Shown here piece by piece: positions 62,418-64,000 of a stretch of DNA of 64,000 bases. The stretch spans positions 11,669,477 through 11,733,476 of the forward strand of contig CM082593.2 of NCBI GenBank assembly GCA_040954595.2, written 5' to 3'. Numbering within the stretch: position 1 is the stretch's first letter; each line of letters starts with the position of its first letter. Under the pieces are notes generated by a model. That model made no database searches. It was not told the origin of the DNA and worked only from the letters and a program-made list of their open reading frames with translations. The translations under genes and the position numbers were made by a program. The stretch is from Balanoglossus misakiensis (Eukaryota; Animalia; Hemichordata).

Positions 62418-63313
62418 CCAGGACAGTGTCAATATTTCTGTGAAAGAATAGCGGAAAACATGCGAAGCCAAGGAGCGAGCAACCAGCTGTTTTCTGCAAG
62501 TCATGCCCCCACACTGTCCACCATCATTATTCCTATATACATATTTGGCGCAGTGAGTATTGAAACATTACAGTATTTAGTGTGTTTTAAGATATCACAG
62601 ATAGTTTTCACGACTTAATGTGTGGGTAGAATCACATTCGTCGAAATAACGCTGCTGCAGTCCCCTGATTCAGTCCGTAAACAAGGTAAGCTTGAGACAT
62701 AGACGATCGACAATCAGTTTCCGCTGTTGATTTCGCCCTATCGCAACTCAGTAACTGGGGCCGAGTGATGCTCCATACATTAAAGTTCATGACTACTGAC
62801 ACCAATTGCAAATTTGCAAATTTGCAAAAGGCGTGCTTTCAGAGAATATTCAACCAGAAAACCGACAACAATTGATGACCTCATGTGACCTTTACTGGTT
62901 GAATCAGGCGACCACTGCAATGTGATTCCAACGTTTATGGGAAGACCACGGCGTTTTCTAGGCGTTTTCTTCCGTGCTAGAAAACGGCGATCGGTGCACG
63001 AGTTTTGGTCTACAGACAGAATTTTCTAGTCACTACGCAGTTGGGATAATCGCCAGCATTGCCTATGGCAATGCTTGTGAGCTGTGGTACTATGGTGTGG
63101 AGGCATCGCCGGTATCGGTAAAGGCCTAGTTACACCATAAGGAGCTGTTAACATTAAGCACTAAAGTCCCTCTTTCTTGAGGAACTTTGCATTAACGCTG
63201 TTCTGATATACTTTTTTCTACAATTAACATTACTTGCTGAACAATCTCTGTACTTGTTTATGTTTCTGTGTTACCCCACACCATAGACGTAAACAGAGAT
63301 ACATAGACAGTAG

Positions 63314-64000
63314 GGCTGCATTCACAAACACCTCTGCAGGGGGGGGGGGAGAATTGAGGGGGGGATTTGAAAAAAATTGAGGGTATGTAAGGGGGGAATT
63401 TGAAATAATTTAGGGACTGAAAGGGGCGACTTGAAAACTTTGACGACTAAATATTTATTTTGAGTCCACAAAAATACAGTTTTGCGCCCTTTATTTTACA
63501 AAATTTTCTAATACCCACCCCCTCCATTCATCAACACCTTTCAATCATTGACTGGTTTATCTAGTGTCCCAGGTCAGGGGTCTTGCCCCCACCCAATGAT
63601 AACTTTGAGCGGCGACAGTTAAATTTGTCCTCCCCAACATACCGGTATTTGAGTTAATTTGCTTTTGCCAGGTTCATTAAAATGCAGCTTTGAGCTCTGT
63701 ATTTTATAAAATCCCCTTCAATTCTCGGTTTTTCAATGTCTCCCAGCACAGAATACAAATACTTAAAAAATAAAAACAATGTTCAGTTTTAATACCCACT
63801 GATGAGGGGAAACATCAGTTTCAAATTCTTTTCATGGGAGCGCTGTTTTTCTTTTTTACAAGATAGATAGGTGATGTGTTTGGACACAATGGGGGAATTT
63901 CAAATTTTTGGCAGTTCGGAAGGGGGGATTTGAAAATATTTCTGGTTGTGTACGGTGGGCATGTGAAATTTAGCGGTAAAAAAATTGAATTCTCTTGCCC
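63314..64000. mobile_element. Free-standing copy of MITE M2 (runs off the window end)
   Basis: GGCTGCATTCACAAACACCTCTG start; collinear with 38798-39505. Confidence 0.9.

Noticed and set aside
1-64000. tRNA, rRNA or hammerhead ribozyme genes
   Set aside because: No cloverleaf, rRNA-like tract or CTGATGA...GAAA core with stems recognised by eye; tRNAscan-SE and Infernal would be needed to exclude them.

Overview
Eukaryotic, AT-rich, repeat-dominated window with no intact host gene that I can support; the repeat types suggest a marine invertebrate (inference). 1-25.8 kb is a tandem array of ~2.05-kb units, each an AT-rich half plus about eleven 81-bp monomers. Two decayed BEL/Pao LTR retrotransposons interrupt the array. 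BEL-1 (minus strand, 1556-10964) has near-identical LTRs, an ACCAG TSD and no integrase core, and carries a nested DNA transposon that itself carries a MITE. BEL-2 (plus strand, 16472-23966) has lost its 3' LTR and has a MITE in its integrase. 26.9-39.6 kb holds two abutting giant inverted duplications (arms ~3.4 kb and ~2.1 kb); both turn around beside the same short motif and they are joined through a 5-bp microhomology. 40-64 kb is a mosaic of local tandem repeats, microsatellites, Harbinger- and Kolobok-like MITEs and Helentron-associated (HINE-like) elements. Best leads: (1) a Tf1-style 11-nt self-priming signature in BEL-1 in place of a tRNA PBS; (2) the motif-anchored double palindrome; (3) a Harbinger-type MITE carrying a captured protein C-terminus. 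All alignments were done by eye, so coordinates of degenerate repeats are approximate.
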